Both the position numbers and the translations under genes were made by a program. A model generated the notes under the pieces. That model did not search any database, was not told the DNA's origin, and saw only the letters and a program-made list of their open reading frames with translations. A DNA stretch of 63,820 nt, counting the filler, from Octopus bimaculoides (taxonomy: Eukaryota), in the NCBI RefSeq assembly GCF_001194135.2. It is 8 parts of 8 records of this genome, joined end to end, with 100 filler letters (N's around TTAATTAATTAA, not from the genome) between each part and the next. Parts side by side here need not be neighbours in the genome. Positions count along the whole stretch, not along the records: positions 21,679 to 30,666 come from NC_068981.1; positions 30,767 to 44,792 come from NC_068989.1; 6 more parts are not named here. One strand, given 5' to 3'. Shown here piece by piece: positions 27,051 through 41,784 of the stretch. Position 1 is the stretch's first letter, and every line of letters begins with the position of its first letter.

Positions 27051-27486
27051 TCTTCCATCTCATTGCTTTCTTCATTCTTATGATCTGAACTTTTAGAAAC
27101 ACAAAGTAAATGCATTCCTCTCGATTTCATTCCTCCATCATTATTATTTACACTGAGTGACATTTCATCTTGTCTCGAACTTCTTTATAAGAAAAAAAAA
27201 TGACAAACTACTTTCCACATAAATCAGGGCGCTTGATCTGGGAATTAAAGTAATCTTATGTAGGAAATATAAGAGATACTATCAGAATTTTAATGTTTTG
27301 AACATCCATAGATACTTAATTTATAAAAGTAATTTCACTTTCTCCAGCGAAACAACGACCCACATGTATAGGATTCTACATGTGATACAACAAATATGTA
27401 CGGGTGTAACTGTTAGGTGAAAAATGATACGCAAACAAGATCATTAGAGAATTTCCATCAAATGTTAGAATATATTTACAAATATA

Positions 27487-27705
27487 AAGGCGGCGAACGG
27501 GCAGAGTCATTGGCAAGTCTGTCAACATGCTTAGCGGCATTTTATGCAGTTTTACGTTCTGAGTTCAAATGCCACCGTGGTCGACTTTACCTTTCGTCCC
27601 ACCGGTGTCGATAACATAGATACCAGTCGAGCACTGCAGACGGTGTAATCGACTTAGCCTCTCCCCGAAATCGCTTGCATTATGTCAAATTTGAAATCAA
27701 TAATT
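27487..27705 (+). mobile_element. tRNA-derived SINE (major family, diverged)
   Basis: AAGGCGGCGAACGGGCAGAG...GTTCTGAGTTCAAATGCCACCGTGGTCGAC. Confidence 0.8.
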
Positions 27706-28892
27706 ATAAATATATTTTTTAACATAAATTCTTAACAATTTAATCGTTGAGGAAACGCAAAAGATATTTTGTAAAGATATCGTAAATAGAACAATTAATT
27801 AAAAAAAATATCCCGATAAAAATAAAGAAAAAAAAAACATTAAAACATATAAAAAGAACAAACAAACAAAAACAAAGCTTTCTTTTCTGTGTAATATCAA
27901 AGCAAAGTTGTTTCTTCGTTTACTTTTCAAGAAAATGAAGAAACAGCAGTCATGTATCACTTATATCTTTTGTGGTTCTACATATTGAAGAGAAAGAATG
28001 GAGCTGATTATACGAATTGTCACCATCCTATTAATTAGTCAATATAAAATAATTATATGAGCACAATACTAAATAATTAGTGACACTCCTACATGCGGTA
28101 ACCATATAATTTTCAATTTTCAATTTGAATGTCCACCACCCCAAGTTTAGTAAACAGCACTCCTTCATACAAAACATTCATCTCTGTAAAATCAAATCTA
28201 AAATAAAAATATACATCTTGAAGGTAAATTTTTCGAATACTCTTTCATAAAACGTTTCTAAATTTCGCATATATTTGTATTGATTGGAATCAAAGCTCTT
28301 GCTGTCTCATAAAGCATCATACAGATAAATGTTTTCGTAAATTGAATATATATATGTTTCAACAACGACGAATAACAAAGACAAACAATAGCAAAAATTA
28401 TACATATGCATATATAATTAATGCAGGCATCTGTATACCTATCTACATATTTATCAATATTTCTATGTATCTTATCTAAATATGAATCTAACTATCTGTC
28501 CTTCGATAGATACAAACACAAGCACACACGCAGACACACACTCACATAAAACCGCACGCTCTCAAAGCAACTCACCTGATGGCGTAACGGTACACACAGT
28601 GCTGAATCGTATTTGTTTATATGATATTTTTCTAATAGTATAAGGAACACTCAGCAACTGTAACACCTGTTAACAGTGCGCAGAAACACATATAACGATA
28701 TGATCGGTGTGAAACTTGAATTTGCTACACGTGAGGCATTCCGGCTATGGCTTGGATCCCGACAGTTTTGATAGCCCAGTCTTCGGGTCGAGTGCCTCTC
28801 TGTAAACACCCCAAATTAACACACAAACAGTCGTTGGCCATTTTCTCTATACCAAATATACACTTCGTATATATATATATATATATATATAA

Positions 28893-28952
<60 letters not shown>

Positions 28953-28957
28953 TTTTA

Positions 28958-29574
28958 TACTTTTAATTGTTTCAGTCATTTGACTGCGGCCATACTGGAG
29001 TAGCCCCTTTAATTGAACAAATCCAACCCAAGAGTTATTATTTGTATGTAAGCCTAGTACTCATTCTATCAGTCTGTTTTGCCGAACCGCTAGGTTACGG
29101 GAACGTAAACACACCAACAATGGTTTTCAAACAATGATGGGAGGACAGACACAGACAAACAAATACACACACGNNNNNNNNNNNNNNNNNNNNNNNNNNN
29201 NNNNNNNNNNNNNNNNNNNNNNNNNNNNNNNNNNNNNNNNNNNNNNNNNNNNNNNNNNNNNNNNNNNNNNNNNNNNNNNNNNNNNNNNNNNNNNNNNNNN
29301 NNNNNNNNNNNNNNNNNNNNNNNNNNNNNNNNNNNNNNNNNNNNNNNNNNNNNNNNNNNNNNNNNNNNNNNNNNNNNNNNNNNNNNNNNNNNNNNNNNNN
29401 NNNNNNNNNNNNNNNNNNNNNNNNNNNNNNNNNNNNNNNNNNNNNNNNNNNNNNNNNCCAAATCCATTCACAAGGCTTAGAAGACAGACACTTGCTGAAG
29501 GTGCTTCACAATGGGACTGAACACAGAACCATGTGATTGGGAAGCAAGCTTCTTACCACACAGCCATTCCTGCA
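28958..29574 (-). mobile_element. Third SINE family copy spanning a gap
   Basis: rc head TGCAGGAATGGCTGTGTGGTAAGAAGCTTGCTTCCC...GTTCAGTCCC; tail GACTGCGGCCATACTGGAG...GCCGAACCGCTAGGTTACGGG. Confidence 0.75.
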
Positions 29575-29578
29575 CACA

Positions 29579-29614
<36 letters not shown>

Positions 29615-30452
29615 TCTAATTGGACAACTATTGTTTAAAACTATCTAGGCTTAGCTACGGTTGGATAGACACCAACCGGTCAAGAGGGTAGGGCGCGCAT
29701 GCATACGTACACCCACACTCACACTCACACGCGTGCTATGTATATTTCCCCATATCCATATACACGCGTACATATATGTATATACACATATACGTACACA
29801 AGCACACATCCCTTCATTCTACTATACACTTATATAGATGGAGTGTATATATCAATACAAGGGTTATAGGAGTTAATAAATAGACTTTTAAGAAGGCTAT
29901 ATGCAGATAAATATAATAATAATAAATAACTATCCTTATGTATATATACATGCTAAGAAGTATTCTATTTATAGTAGATACACTCAACTAATGAACCATT
30001 ATGGTGGTTATTCGTAAACTTAGTGAATTTACGTGTGATTGCATATCATTATTTCCACTGTTTGGTTAAAACAAGGAACGTTTCCTTATGTACTTCTTTT
30101 TGGAAACCCGGTTGTCAATATAACATGGTGTGTTATAAACAGTTGTACTTGTGGTTTTTTGTCACTTTAGTTACAAATTAAGTTAATTAATTCAAAACGG
30201 GATACACTGTCTGCAAGTCGTTGGGTACAGTATATAATCCTCCATTTTCTAACTGCTATATATCGCAAGCCACTATACACATTTTTTTCTTTCCTCGTTT
30301 CTTTCTATGTTCCTTTCTGTGGAAGAGCGTAGGCTCGAAACATTAAAGACCTTTTCACTTCCTATACGTTCTACTAATACATCTGTTTGTTTTCTACGCC
30401 AGCTGTCTTCGTCTGTTGTTTTTATTTTTGTGAATTTCCCCTATATATATAC

Positions 30453-30483
<31 letters not shown>

Positions 30484-31828
30484 CACACGCAGCATTGCAC
30501 CTAAGGACCTATGGGCTTTTTTCTACACGATCGGAAAGTTGAACTGTGCACTCGGCTGTTTTTTTCTTCTCTCTCTCGGCATCTCTTTATGCCTTTACTC
30601 CTTCTTCTATGTCATCATCTATTTGTCTCTGATAACGGAATATTTCATACTCTAGGATATCCCAGANNNNNNNNNNNNNNNNNNNNNNNNNNNNNNNNNN
30701 NNNNNNNNNNTTAATTAATTAANNNNNNNNNNNNNNNNNNNNNNNNNNNNNNNNNNNNNNNNNNNNTATATACATATATATATGCACCTCATTGTGATAT
30801 ATTTATTGTTTTGTTCCTAGAAAATATACAATAGGTTAGACATCACATTTTCTGGTGGAGTTGAAAATTGTCTTTTGGAAGTTTTCTTCGAGATTCAGTT
30901 ACGAATTAAAACAGTTTTCATTCGTAACTGAATCGAAGGTTTTACAAATAACCCAACTGATATTGGGGATACAATTGTCCGCTCTGGAAGTTGTAGCGTG
31001 AAAACAGCTATGTTATAAATATACCATCAGATACTTTTAGAACATTCGAATGTTTCTAATTAATCCGATTAATTAATCACATTCAAGTTGTCTGATTAAT
31101 TTTGAAATAAGCATGCATTACATCTCTTTTGTGACATCAAAATAAACGAATCAGTTGTGAGGTCAAAGTTTCCTGATGCACAATATTGAGAGACCATTTT
31201 TTTTCGTGTGCAAATTAATATTCACTTCCTATATAGACAATATGGGGCATATATTTCATCAATTATTTTGCCATACACATAAGAATGATCGATTGTAATA
31301 TATCTGCCAATATTACATAGATAGCTAAAATGTAATCTTGTTAAACGGGTAAAGAGACGCAACGAAGTTAATTCACTTTCAAACATTATTACTGACATAC
31401 TTTCAACTGATAAAAAGAAAACTATCGATTGTAGAATCAATAAAATTATCACAATAAAACTAATCAGATCTTAGAAAAACATTTTTATTAACAGGAATAT
31501 TAAGTATTGGTATACCTTATATAATTCTGAATTTTCTAAATTCTGAACAATATAAAAAAGAAAAAATTGATGGTCATATTACAGAATCAGGTACCTAGTT
31601 CAGTAATATTTTCCATAAGGTCTTTTGTAAAGACAATATTATTTTTGTTATAGATATTTTATACTTGCTTCATGTGTAACACTCATCTGGAATCATCAAT
31701 AATAAAAAAAATGATGACTGCAACAGTAAAATACTGAGTAGTTTCCATAACTCGTTCAAGTTATTTCAGTAAGTTAACTAGAAGAGGAAGAGAGTAATCC
31801 AACCAAAGCAACTATAGGTCAATATCTC

Positions 31829-31884
<56 letters not shown>

Positions 31885-31949
31885 NNNNNNNNNNNNNNNN
31901 NNNNNNNNNNNNNNNNNNNNNNNNNNNNNNNNNNNNNNNNNNNNNNNNN

Positions 31950-31995
<46 letters not shown>

Positions 31996-32926
31996 ATTGC
32001 GTCAAAGTTATTTTCCGCGATTGCATCGGTAAATATTTCACGTATAAGTGATCGATCTTTAGCTACTTATATCTATTTTAAGAGGTGTTAACCCTAATTC
32101 AAGTTACATATCTAAATATTTAACCTGAAATTATAATTAATACCTTTCCCTCTTTCATGTGGATGAGAGCAGCAACCGGAAAGCATCATCAGAATATATA
32201 CCGGCTCGCATGAAGTAATGTATATCCGGACTTGGGCTCTTGGGGAGGGAATGTAACTCCTTAATCCATTATCTACATATGATCACAATATCTGGGGCCT
32301 TAAACATGTACAAGGCGTTCTTAAGATTTAAACAGTGATGAACAAACAATATACTTTTCTTCATAACCTTGTTGCCAAGCAAGTGGTCGGACAAAACTAA
32401 CTAAATTAAAAGGAGCAAAAGAACATACACGTATAGGTAGAAAGCTAGATACATACATATCTGTACATGTGCTTATGTATGGTGTATCGGCAGAAATTTA
32501 TACATACACATACATATATACATACATACGTACACATAAACATAGATTTTACAAGGAAAAGATTAACAGTGACTTCAAAGATTCGGTGTATGCACAGACA
32601 CACACATGCATATACAGATATGAATATAAACATGTATGTGTATTCCTGCATATATACATATATGGATATACAGATGTATTTGTATGTGTGTATGTATGCA
32701 TGTATTTATGGTGGTTGTGCACTCCCTATGCAGAGTTTGACCACCTCCTGTACCTACACATTAGAACCATCATGACATCTGATATGACTTTTATAGCAGA
32801 CAATGTTTTGAAAAGATACCCACATAGATTGCATATCCGATTTGGACCACCAAGAGCTACAGTTAAGTTCTGATCTTTGTGGATCTTAAAATGTCTTTTG
32901 AGGCTTCCATTAGATTTGCAAAACTT

Positions 32927-33290
32927 CTAGCATACATTGCATTGAAAGGTGTGCACAGACATATAAGCAGAATGGTTGGTGGAGGTTCGTTTTCCATGAG
33001 TTCGCAAATGAGATTTGAGCCCAGCAAAAGAATGGCATGGTCTGTCACAAACTGTGCACATAAAAAGGTTATTGTGATTCACCTTCTCGATCGTAACATT
33101 ATTCTTTAAATCTCTTGAGCCTTGCATCCGTTATCCTGACCTCTTCAAACGCCTTCACTCCACTCCACGCTTTTGTTCGCAATCCAGGCCGATACGAAGC
33201 AAGGATTTCTATGTCTTCTGGATTCATTCCAAGTGACTTCATGGTAGTTCTTATGCCGCCCTTAAAATTTTTTTTTTAGGTTTACACCGA
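32927..33290 (-). mobile_element. RTE (BovB-like) LINE 3' remnant
   Basis: KNFKGGIRTTMKSLGMNPEDIE... followed by CTVCDRPCHSFAGLKSHLRTH, the terminal zinc-finger-like motif of RTE ORFs. Confidence 0.7.
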
Positions 33291-33839
33291 TAGCGCCTCC
33301 CCTCTGCAAGCTCACCATTATTTCTCTCTCTCTGCACACACACACACACACACACACACNNNNNNNNNNNNNNNNNNNNNNNNNNNNNNNNNNNNNNNNN
33401 NNNNNNNNNNNNNNNNNNNNNNNNNNNNNNNNNNNNNNNNNNNNNNNNNNNNNNNNNNNNNNNNNNNNNNNNNNNNNNNNNNNNNNNNNNNNNNNNNNNN
33501 NNNNNNNNNNNNNNNNNNNNNNNNNNNNNNNNNNNNNNNNNNNNNNNNNNNNNNNNNNNNNNNNNNNNNNNNNNNNNNNNNNNNNNNNNNNNNNNATAAT
33601 TAATTTACGAAGGTACCATTAATTCTATTATCACCCAATGTAACTATTTTATTCTGCCTGTGCAGAAACTAGTCCACGTGAATCCAAATACTTAAATGTA
33701 TGTAAGTAGATTGTCTCTACCAAATTTGCCTTCATTTGATTTCTGTAGTTATCACCAGTGTATTTTTTGGCGATTTAATAACAAGTTTTGACTATTATTT
33801 CAAGCAGATAGACATACTTAGTATGTCCTTTGATTAATC

Positions 33840-33884
<45 letters not shown>

Positions 33885-33984
33885 NNNNNNNNNNNNNNNN
33901 NNNNNNNNNNNNNNNNNNNNNNNNNNNNNNNNNNNNNNNNNNNNNNNNNNNNNNNNNNNNNNNNNNNNNNNNNNNNNNNNNNNN

Positions 33985-34026
<42 letters not shown>

Positions 34027-35719
34027 AAAATCTATGTATATTAGATCTGTACGTGTATATAAAGTTGACAGTATGACTTTCATGCATACATGAAACGTGT
34101 TATCGCTATTCGCAATAGCTAAACTGTAGTTGAACATTAATGAACATTGATAAATGTATATAAAACTGTCACGGTCTTAGATTTTCGCAACTTGTCTGAC
34201 GATCGTAAAACATATATAAAATATTGTAGACATAAAACCCAAGTAAAAAAAATCTAACACAAAATACTATTTCCCCTTATGTCAAGTGATCTGACAAACT
34301 AGTTTATATTGAATATGTATCACTAAAATTATTTTTCCTCTGTTTTTATAAAACATCATGCTCTTGTTTTTCAGACTGTCAGGTCAACATTAATTAGTGA
34401 TGTTTTTAATTTCACCTCTTGTCAACAACGGACGCCCAAGATAATTTTAGCATTATTATACATCTTGGTCTTGTAAAAAACACTAAAGTCTTATTTAACC
34501 TTGAAGCAAACAATTTCTCATTTAGTTTCATTCATCAATTTGATTAGTTATTGATTCGTATCTTTCCAAATAGATCTCATCCCTTCATAACATGAAAATA
34601 ATTATAGTAATTAATGTAGTAACGAAGATTTACATCTATTGTCAATTAGGATTCTTTTTAGCAAATATCGCTTTCACCTATTTTAGTCTGAATGCATCAA
34701 GATTAAATGATATGGAAAAAAAAACAAAGGAGCTAAATTTTACTCATGAATAATGAGGCGTAAATATAAGATGTCACTGAATTTGTTATTTGGCAACAGT
34801 ATCATATGAGTTCTGATAGTATGTGCATATGCATGCGCGCGCGCACACACACACACGCACACACACGGTGAGGGCATCATGAGTTCTGATAGTATATGTA
34901 TACGCACGCGCATGCACACACACACAAGAGGTTTAACATTTACATCTATTTTGGCAGAATTTTTTTTGATGTATTCATAAGCATATAATCCACCATCTTC
35001 AGATGAAATTTTAAATAGGTAAAAAATACCTCGACGATAACCACTGGGAATCCAATCAATGTTGCACCTAGCCGTTTCTCGCATTCTACATGTTGATGAT
35101 GTGCCTAGATTCTAATGAATTCTATAAATATTCTCCCCCCTCCCTCNNNNNNNNNNNNNNNNNNNNNNNNNNNNNNNNNNNNNNNNNNNNNNNNNNNNNN
35201 NNNNNNNNNNNNNNNNNNNNNNNNNNNNNNNNNNNNNNNNNNNNNNNNNNNNNNNNNNNNNNNNNNNNNNNNNNNNNNNNNNNNNNNNNNNNNNNNNNNN
35301 NNNNNNNNNNNNNNNNNNNNNNNNNAATAAATAAATGGGGTTAAGCGTAGGTGTTATTCAAATTCTTTTATTTCCGACATATGTTTCGAAGACAACATTG
35401 GTATTATTTCAAAGGAATAAATGGTGTAAAATAATGTAATCTTCTCATCAGGGAAAGAAAGAGAATCAAACTCAACAATAAGTCTTTGTAAATGATGAAC
35501 AGGATGCTATTGAGTATTAAAAAAAAACTGTTAGTATATATGACGTCAAAGGTAGCGCATATGAAGAGAAGGGGTAAAGAAATCAATAAGGAGAAAACTA
35601 ATAAAGGAGAAATATAGAGTAATATGTGAGTAAAATAAATTTTCAAAGGCTTGGAAATAGATGTCTCTATTGGAAGTACAGTGTGAGAAGAACTAAATGC
35701 TCAAACTATATAGATTGGC

Positions 35720-36060
35720 AGAAATCACCTATATGAGCTAAAGGTGTGTTTTTGCCAGCGTTTACATCGGTAAGAACGCTCAATAAACGTGTTTACAATA
35801 CAAAAGGATTCTTAGAAAAGAGAATGTGAAACAGTTCAGAATTACATATGTTACGGATTTATTTACCTTTATTGTAAGGGAAAGAAATTGACAGGATGAA
35901 CCAACCTAAATTAAATTTCTTATTATTATCTTTAAGATACCAAATCAATTTACTAAGTCCTGTGCTATTGCGTTTACTGAGATTTCTTACCGATGTGAAC
36001 ATTGGCAGAAACACATATACCTTTATATACCTGTGAAGAGACTCAACTTTCAAATAATTT
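35720..36060 (-). mobile_element. Penelope-like element GIY-YIG endonuclease remnant
   Basis: NSTGLSKLIWYLKDNNKKFNLGWFIL...YN and downstream NTFIERSYRCK; homologous to the 62301-62696 ORF. Confidence 0.7.
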
Positions 36061-36344
36061 TTAATTTAAGTAATTAATTTTTTGAGAGCCTGAATTGAAA
36101 TAGCTGTAAGGGATGTTAGTCAATTTTTTAATAAATAAATAAATAATAATTTATTAATTACCTTTCTATTCTCTCATCTTATTATTATAATAAATAAAAA
36201 ATATATAAACCACGGTTTATATATTTATCTTGCAGTTGAGGTTTAGATAGGATGTTCAATACTCTTTGTATAGGTAATTAACCAGTACTTTCATAGGATT
36301 TGGCTATCTCTGAATGCGGCTAGTAACCTTTAATTGTGCTTCTG

Positions 36345-36390
<46 letters not shown>

Positions 36391-39079
36391 CATATATATA
36401 TATATGTGTGTGTGTGTGTATATATATATATACGTATACACACACACGTATATATATAAGTATGAATGCATATATTACTACCTCTCTAATATTGAAGCTC
36501 AATTTTCAATGATGTTTTAAGCTAAAAATAATTTTCTCGAGTTATTTTATATATAACAATTTAGTAAATATATTTCATGAAATGTCAATAAAGCAGTACA
36601 TGAGACATACTTAAGTAAATGTTGAATGATTTGGAGTTACTCAGGTATGACAGTGTACACTAGACACATGTTCTCTCGCCATTCAATAAGCTAAAGTAAA
36701 AAGTGTTAACACATTTTATGTGACAAACAGGACAATTTTAATTAAAGGGGTCGCTACTCAAGATAGGCAGCACCTATATCTCTGAATCTCAAATAATCAA
36801 ATAGTTTCTACATATCGGAGTTTCAGTTAATTATAAGTGAGATATACCAAAAACATTAGCACGTCGGCTAATATTAAATTAGTGTCTCTACAAGCGTGAT
36901 GACAACGTGTAATATTTAGTTAGTGTTTCAAAGTACGAGATGCATTTGTGGAAAGAATTATGTCGCTAAATTTTTTTCGCAAGCGTATCTCCTATTTTAA
37001 GACGATGCTCAGCCATAGCAAACTGAGTTACATGGAGATCTTGTGTTAATGTACGCTGTCTGTAATTGAGAAACCGAGGTAAATCTCAACATTTGTTTTA
37101 ACGCTTCGGATATACTGAAATGTAAATTGCTTACGACGAATCCTCTCAATTTTTAGAAGCAACTAAATTATGCATCTAATATCTTAAAAGGAAAGAACAA
37201 ATTAGATAATATAGTCGTATATGTACCTAAAAATATGTATAGTCATACTTAGAATATCTCTGATCTCGATCAGAATTAACTTAAAGTCAAACAGTGACTA
37301 CGATGTCGTTAATGAAATTAAAGAAATCATGAATATTATATTTTCACGTTGCCCTTATACTTTGGCTTTCACGCTGTCACTGATCCAAAGGGTTTATTGC
37401 ATAAATTATGTCTAAAAGAAAATACGCTGCGTTAAAAAGATAAGAAAACGTTAGACGAAAATATTTTCTGTTATCTAAACATAATTATCGCTGTTTAGTT
37501 TCACAAGTAGAAATGAATCAACTCTGTGTATATCACTATAGTAAATATATTTGATCTCATGTCTATTAAAAAAAACAAAAAAACTATTTCTATTTATACT
37601 CATAGTGCTAGTCTAATTAAAAAGTATTAAATTTAATTAATGCAACGTTACAAATCACTGTCGAAACTCAAAACTTTTTATGAGCTAATAGCTTTTAAGA
37701 CGCTTTTAAGGTCACAGTAACATAAGGAGAGTTCTGCTAGGAAATTATACAGACAATGATCAACTTTATAGACACAACTAGGCCTCAAAACCACAATTAG
37801 TCTCATTCGATTTCATCTAATTTAAAGAGAAAAATTAATGTGGTGTTTGTTCGGTTTAATACACGAGTTATTTTTCAATTTCAAAGAAAACTCAGTCAAG
37901 TTACCACATCTCAGTTTGAAATAAAAGCCTTGAAAGCCTATCGGTATCTTTGATGTATTCTCTTATAATGTTATAGTGAAGGTTTGATCTCAACTAGATA
38001 TTGCTTTGCATGCAGTATAGTAAATGCAGTGTACAGATAATCAATATGTTGTTTAAAAGCGAGTTTAACCGTCTGAAAATTTTGTTAGAAATATATAACG
38101 AATCAGTTAACTATGTTTATACGTAACAACTTTGATAAGATTTTTTTTATATAGTATTTTCTCTTTTTATATAGCCAGTGAAAAGTTTTAGAGATACCGT
38201 CATGAAAGTGAGAAAAAAATATATAAGGTTAAAATATGAAACTATAATGAAAATATAACTGAAAATGTGCATTTTCAAATAAAGATTTTAAAAATATATC
38301 GTCAATTTTTGGAATACACATGGGTATGCATATACAGGAACGCACGTAAAAGTATAAAGTGAGCTTAAATATGGTTATTTTTGGCAATAAATAAACAAAG
38401 TGGTAATGAGCATTTATGATGTTCCTGATCTCATAAAATACTTTAATGGTGAGTATAAAATGAAAAGTATTCAATTAGGAATCATAACTTAAACTGGGGT
38501 TTTTGGGTACTTATCGCTTGCTCTATCACGTTTACAAAACGCACTAAATACCAAATACAAACACGCATACCAACACATAGGCACTCACTATATTCCTTTA
38601 GTCACCTAAACATTATTCTCTCAGTAATATTGATTTCATAAGATATTATTTGGATAGAGGCCGAGTCATTGAAGGATGATGAGCAAAGTGAACCTGAATG
38701 GAATTTGAGCTTAAAATACAAAGGGCTATACTAAATACCGAAAGGTATTTTGTCGGACATTCTACTGTTACTGATATTACCATCAACTGCTCGTTTTATG
38801 AGATCGGTTTAGTAGTGCACAAAATACCTTGTGCTATCCAGCAATGTCCCTTTATGTTTTGGGTAAAAAATCTCAAACCCGGTTCGACTTCGCCTTTGAT
38901 CCTCTCAGTGCTGTTAAAATAATCCTGGAGTTTATATTATTTACTAAAATCCCTCTCACAAAACTATGATCTTGTCTCTCCGTTATACCTTTTCTATTTG
39001 TACCACAAAGAAAAGAAAGTAACATATTTAAATATAAAATGTTAAATCAGCATTTGTAAGGGTCACGCCCCACTCGAAT

Positions 39080-39440
39080 TCTAGGACTTACCTCAGTATA
39101 CTGTACTACTTTTAGTATGTTTGAATTAATCTCAACCAGCTGAGACTTCTCTCTTAATATGCTAATACGTATCTTAGCATGCTAGACCTCACCTCGATAT
39201 GTTAGGAGTTCAACATACCATGACTTAGCTCAAAATATTAGGACTAATCGCAACACACTAGGGCTAATCTCTACATACTAGAACTAACCTCAATTTATTA
39301 GGACTAACCTCTACCTGCTCGGACTTATCTTTACATACTAAACGTCACCTAGACTCGTTTCAACATAATACGACTTACCTCATCATGTTAGAATTTACCT
39401 CAACATACGACTAACCTCATCATGCTAGGACTTACCCTTT
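39080..39440. repeat. Degenerate 20-bp minisatellite, consensus ~CTAGGACTAACCTCAACATA
   Basis: Consecutive units TTAGGACTAATCGCAACACA / CTAGGGCTAATCTCTACATA / CTAGAACTAACCTCAATTTA / TTAGGACTAACCTCTACCTG. Confidence 0.8.
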
Positions 39441-40472
39441 GTTTTTCAGCGCTTGTCATTATAAGTAATATTGATTTAGTTCTTACAGTCTATTGCTGAC
39501 ACATTTCTATAGTCATTCAATCGTTCACATGGTGACTCGTTTATTGTTCCGTTTCATGGTTACTTATTAAACAACGTCAATCCAATGTGGTAGTTGCTCA
39601 CTGTAATTTTGACTAAATATTTTGTTTCATCTAGTGTTGGCTTGACGACGTCCAACTCATTCCAGATAATTTAATACGTGTATAACTGTGCGAGCATTGT
39701 GTCATAAAAAACCTCTTCTCTCGAAAACGTTGCCTTTATTATTGAAGTAACATCTTATCAGTACTTTTTCTATATATACTGTTTTATTTGCTCTCATAAT
39801 TTTCAACGGACAACTATTTATCTACCATAATCTTGAACCCAGTCAGTTGTTACGGGTTTTCCTTTGGTATGATAAGTAAAGACTAGCTATGGCAGTGTTA
39901 ACATATTTAATGTCGCTAGCATAGATAAATAAAATCTTATTAGAAATTAGTTCAATGTTTAAAGTTATTATATCAATCTTTTCTGAAAGTATGTGAGATG
40001 ACTGCAGATATGTTTGGATATGATCGAACTTTCTCAACAAAACAGAGAGATACATTTGATGACTTACAATTGATAGAATTTCTAAATCGGACACTAACGA
40101 GCGTAAAAAATACCATATTTAAAAAGATTGATATTTGAGGTTAATAATCAGTTTGGGACAATATTTCTCATGAAATACAATTCCTATGCATTTCATTCAG
40201 TTTTGAAAATAATCAAGAATTTGGTGGAATTTAAGAAAATAATTTTGCCATTATAAATTTGCTCTTTAGGACTTAAGGAAAGATTAATAAGGTTCAATGT
40301 TTAAATTTAGATACAAAGATATTAAAATATGAAGTTTGTATCATATAATCAAGCAGGCAGATTGGTATGAAAATGGATAATACACGAATATTCAGACAGA
40401 CATGCATACAAATACACTCACAGTCGCAGGCAGACATTCTTACACACAAGAGTATACTCACATCTCTCTCTC

Positions 40473-40544
<72 letters not shown>

Positions 40545-41403
40545 CGAGTTAAAAGGGAACAGATAAAAACCTCTGAATTGCACACAGTAGTTTCTATTAA
40601 TTTGAATTTAAACGGCAAATACCGGGCCCAAAATAGAATCAGTAAAGTGATTAGGAAAGGTTGCAGAAGTCATTCTTTGTTCGGAAGAAACTGTAAGGAT
40701 TTCCTGAAGATAAAACTAAACACACGATATCTGGTGGTATAGTACAAAAATCGTGATAGTAGAAAATCATGTCGACGATGACATACATATTCGTTCTTAA
40801 TAAGTACCGGGTGATTTAAATGTGAATATATTAATCATTGTTGTATTTCGTCATCAGAGAACAACTTTTCAAACGAATGTGTGTTCATAAGACGCTCAAT
40901 TCATTGTAACTGGACTTTAGAGAGAGCACCAATGTCTCGATCTAAGAATAGTTTTTGGTTCTTGTTTATTGAATTCAGCAAATATCAAGCGGAAAGCCTT
41001 TGTGGTATTTTATCCAATCTTTTGTGGACTAGATTCAAAACCTAATGCTTAATATTACTATCATCTCACCTACCTTTACTGGAATCCGCGCTGTTGCAAG
41101 CATTCGGACTCGTCTTTAACTTTGAGGATATCTTCCTTCCTACCAGTATCAGAATACCTTAACGAGTCATCAGCATGGTTCTTTACTCCTAACTGAAGAT
41201 GAAAAAAAAAACGATAAAAATCCTTTGAATCTGTTAGATTTTAAATGTCAAAGTTAAGGTTGTTTTAAAAGCTGGTAGAGCTACCACACGAAGGTCTATA
41301 ATAGTTTCGTCACGACACATTGGTCAGTTTTGGTTAATAACCACAACTGAGAGTGATTCGACGTACTTTGTACACGTACAAAGTAAGTCAAATCATTATC
41401 AGT

Positions 41404-41784
41404 TTAATCCTTTGATACAAAATCATCTGGGTTGTATGACGCAACCCTTTTGATACAAGCCTGTCCTGGTTGTATGATACAAGCTTACAGTTTGAACTGA
41501 TCCAAATTAAAACCTTTCATCAAAATTTCACGTTAATTTGCTTCAAATATCAGCTTAATAATTCTTCATTATTTCCTAAAGTAATGGAAAGAAAAGCAGA
41601 GTATTTCAACACAAGTATGGTAACGAAAGTTTTAAAATGATCCAAATTAAGACTTCCCATCAAAATTCCACGTTAATTTATGAAGCAAACACCAACTTAA
41701 TAACAATGAATTTAGTTCACTAAATTCTTCATTATTTGCAAAGACAGTGTATTTCAACAGAAACATGGGTAACAAAAGGGTTAA
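41404..41784. mobile_element. piggyBac-like MITE with TTAA ends and an internal tandem duplication of the right half
   Basis: TTAATCCTTTGATAC ... GGTAACAAAAGGGTTAA; the ~140-bp block starting GATCCAAATTAA is present twice. Confidence 0.7.

Noticed and set aside
32927-33127. Host C2H2 zinc-finger exon
   Set aside because: It is a single finger directly preceded by RTE ORF C-terminal sequence, so it is part of a LINE remnant.
34801-34925. Short tandem duplication with CG/CA alternation (Z-DNA potential)
   Set aside because: This is a local slippage duplication around microsatellites, which is ubiquitous in this window.
36199-36226. 13-bp perfect inverted repeat AAATATATAAACC/GGTTTATATATTT
   Set aside because: It is very AT-rich and adjacent to a Penelope remnant, so it is probably an inversion junction or chance.
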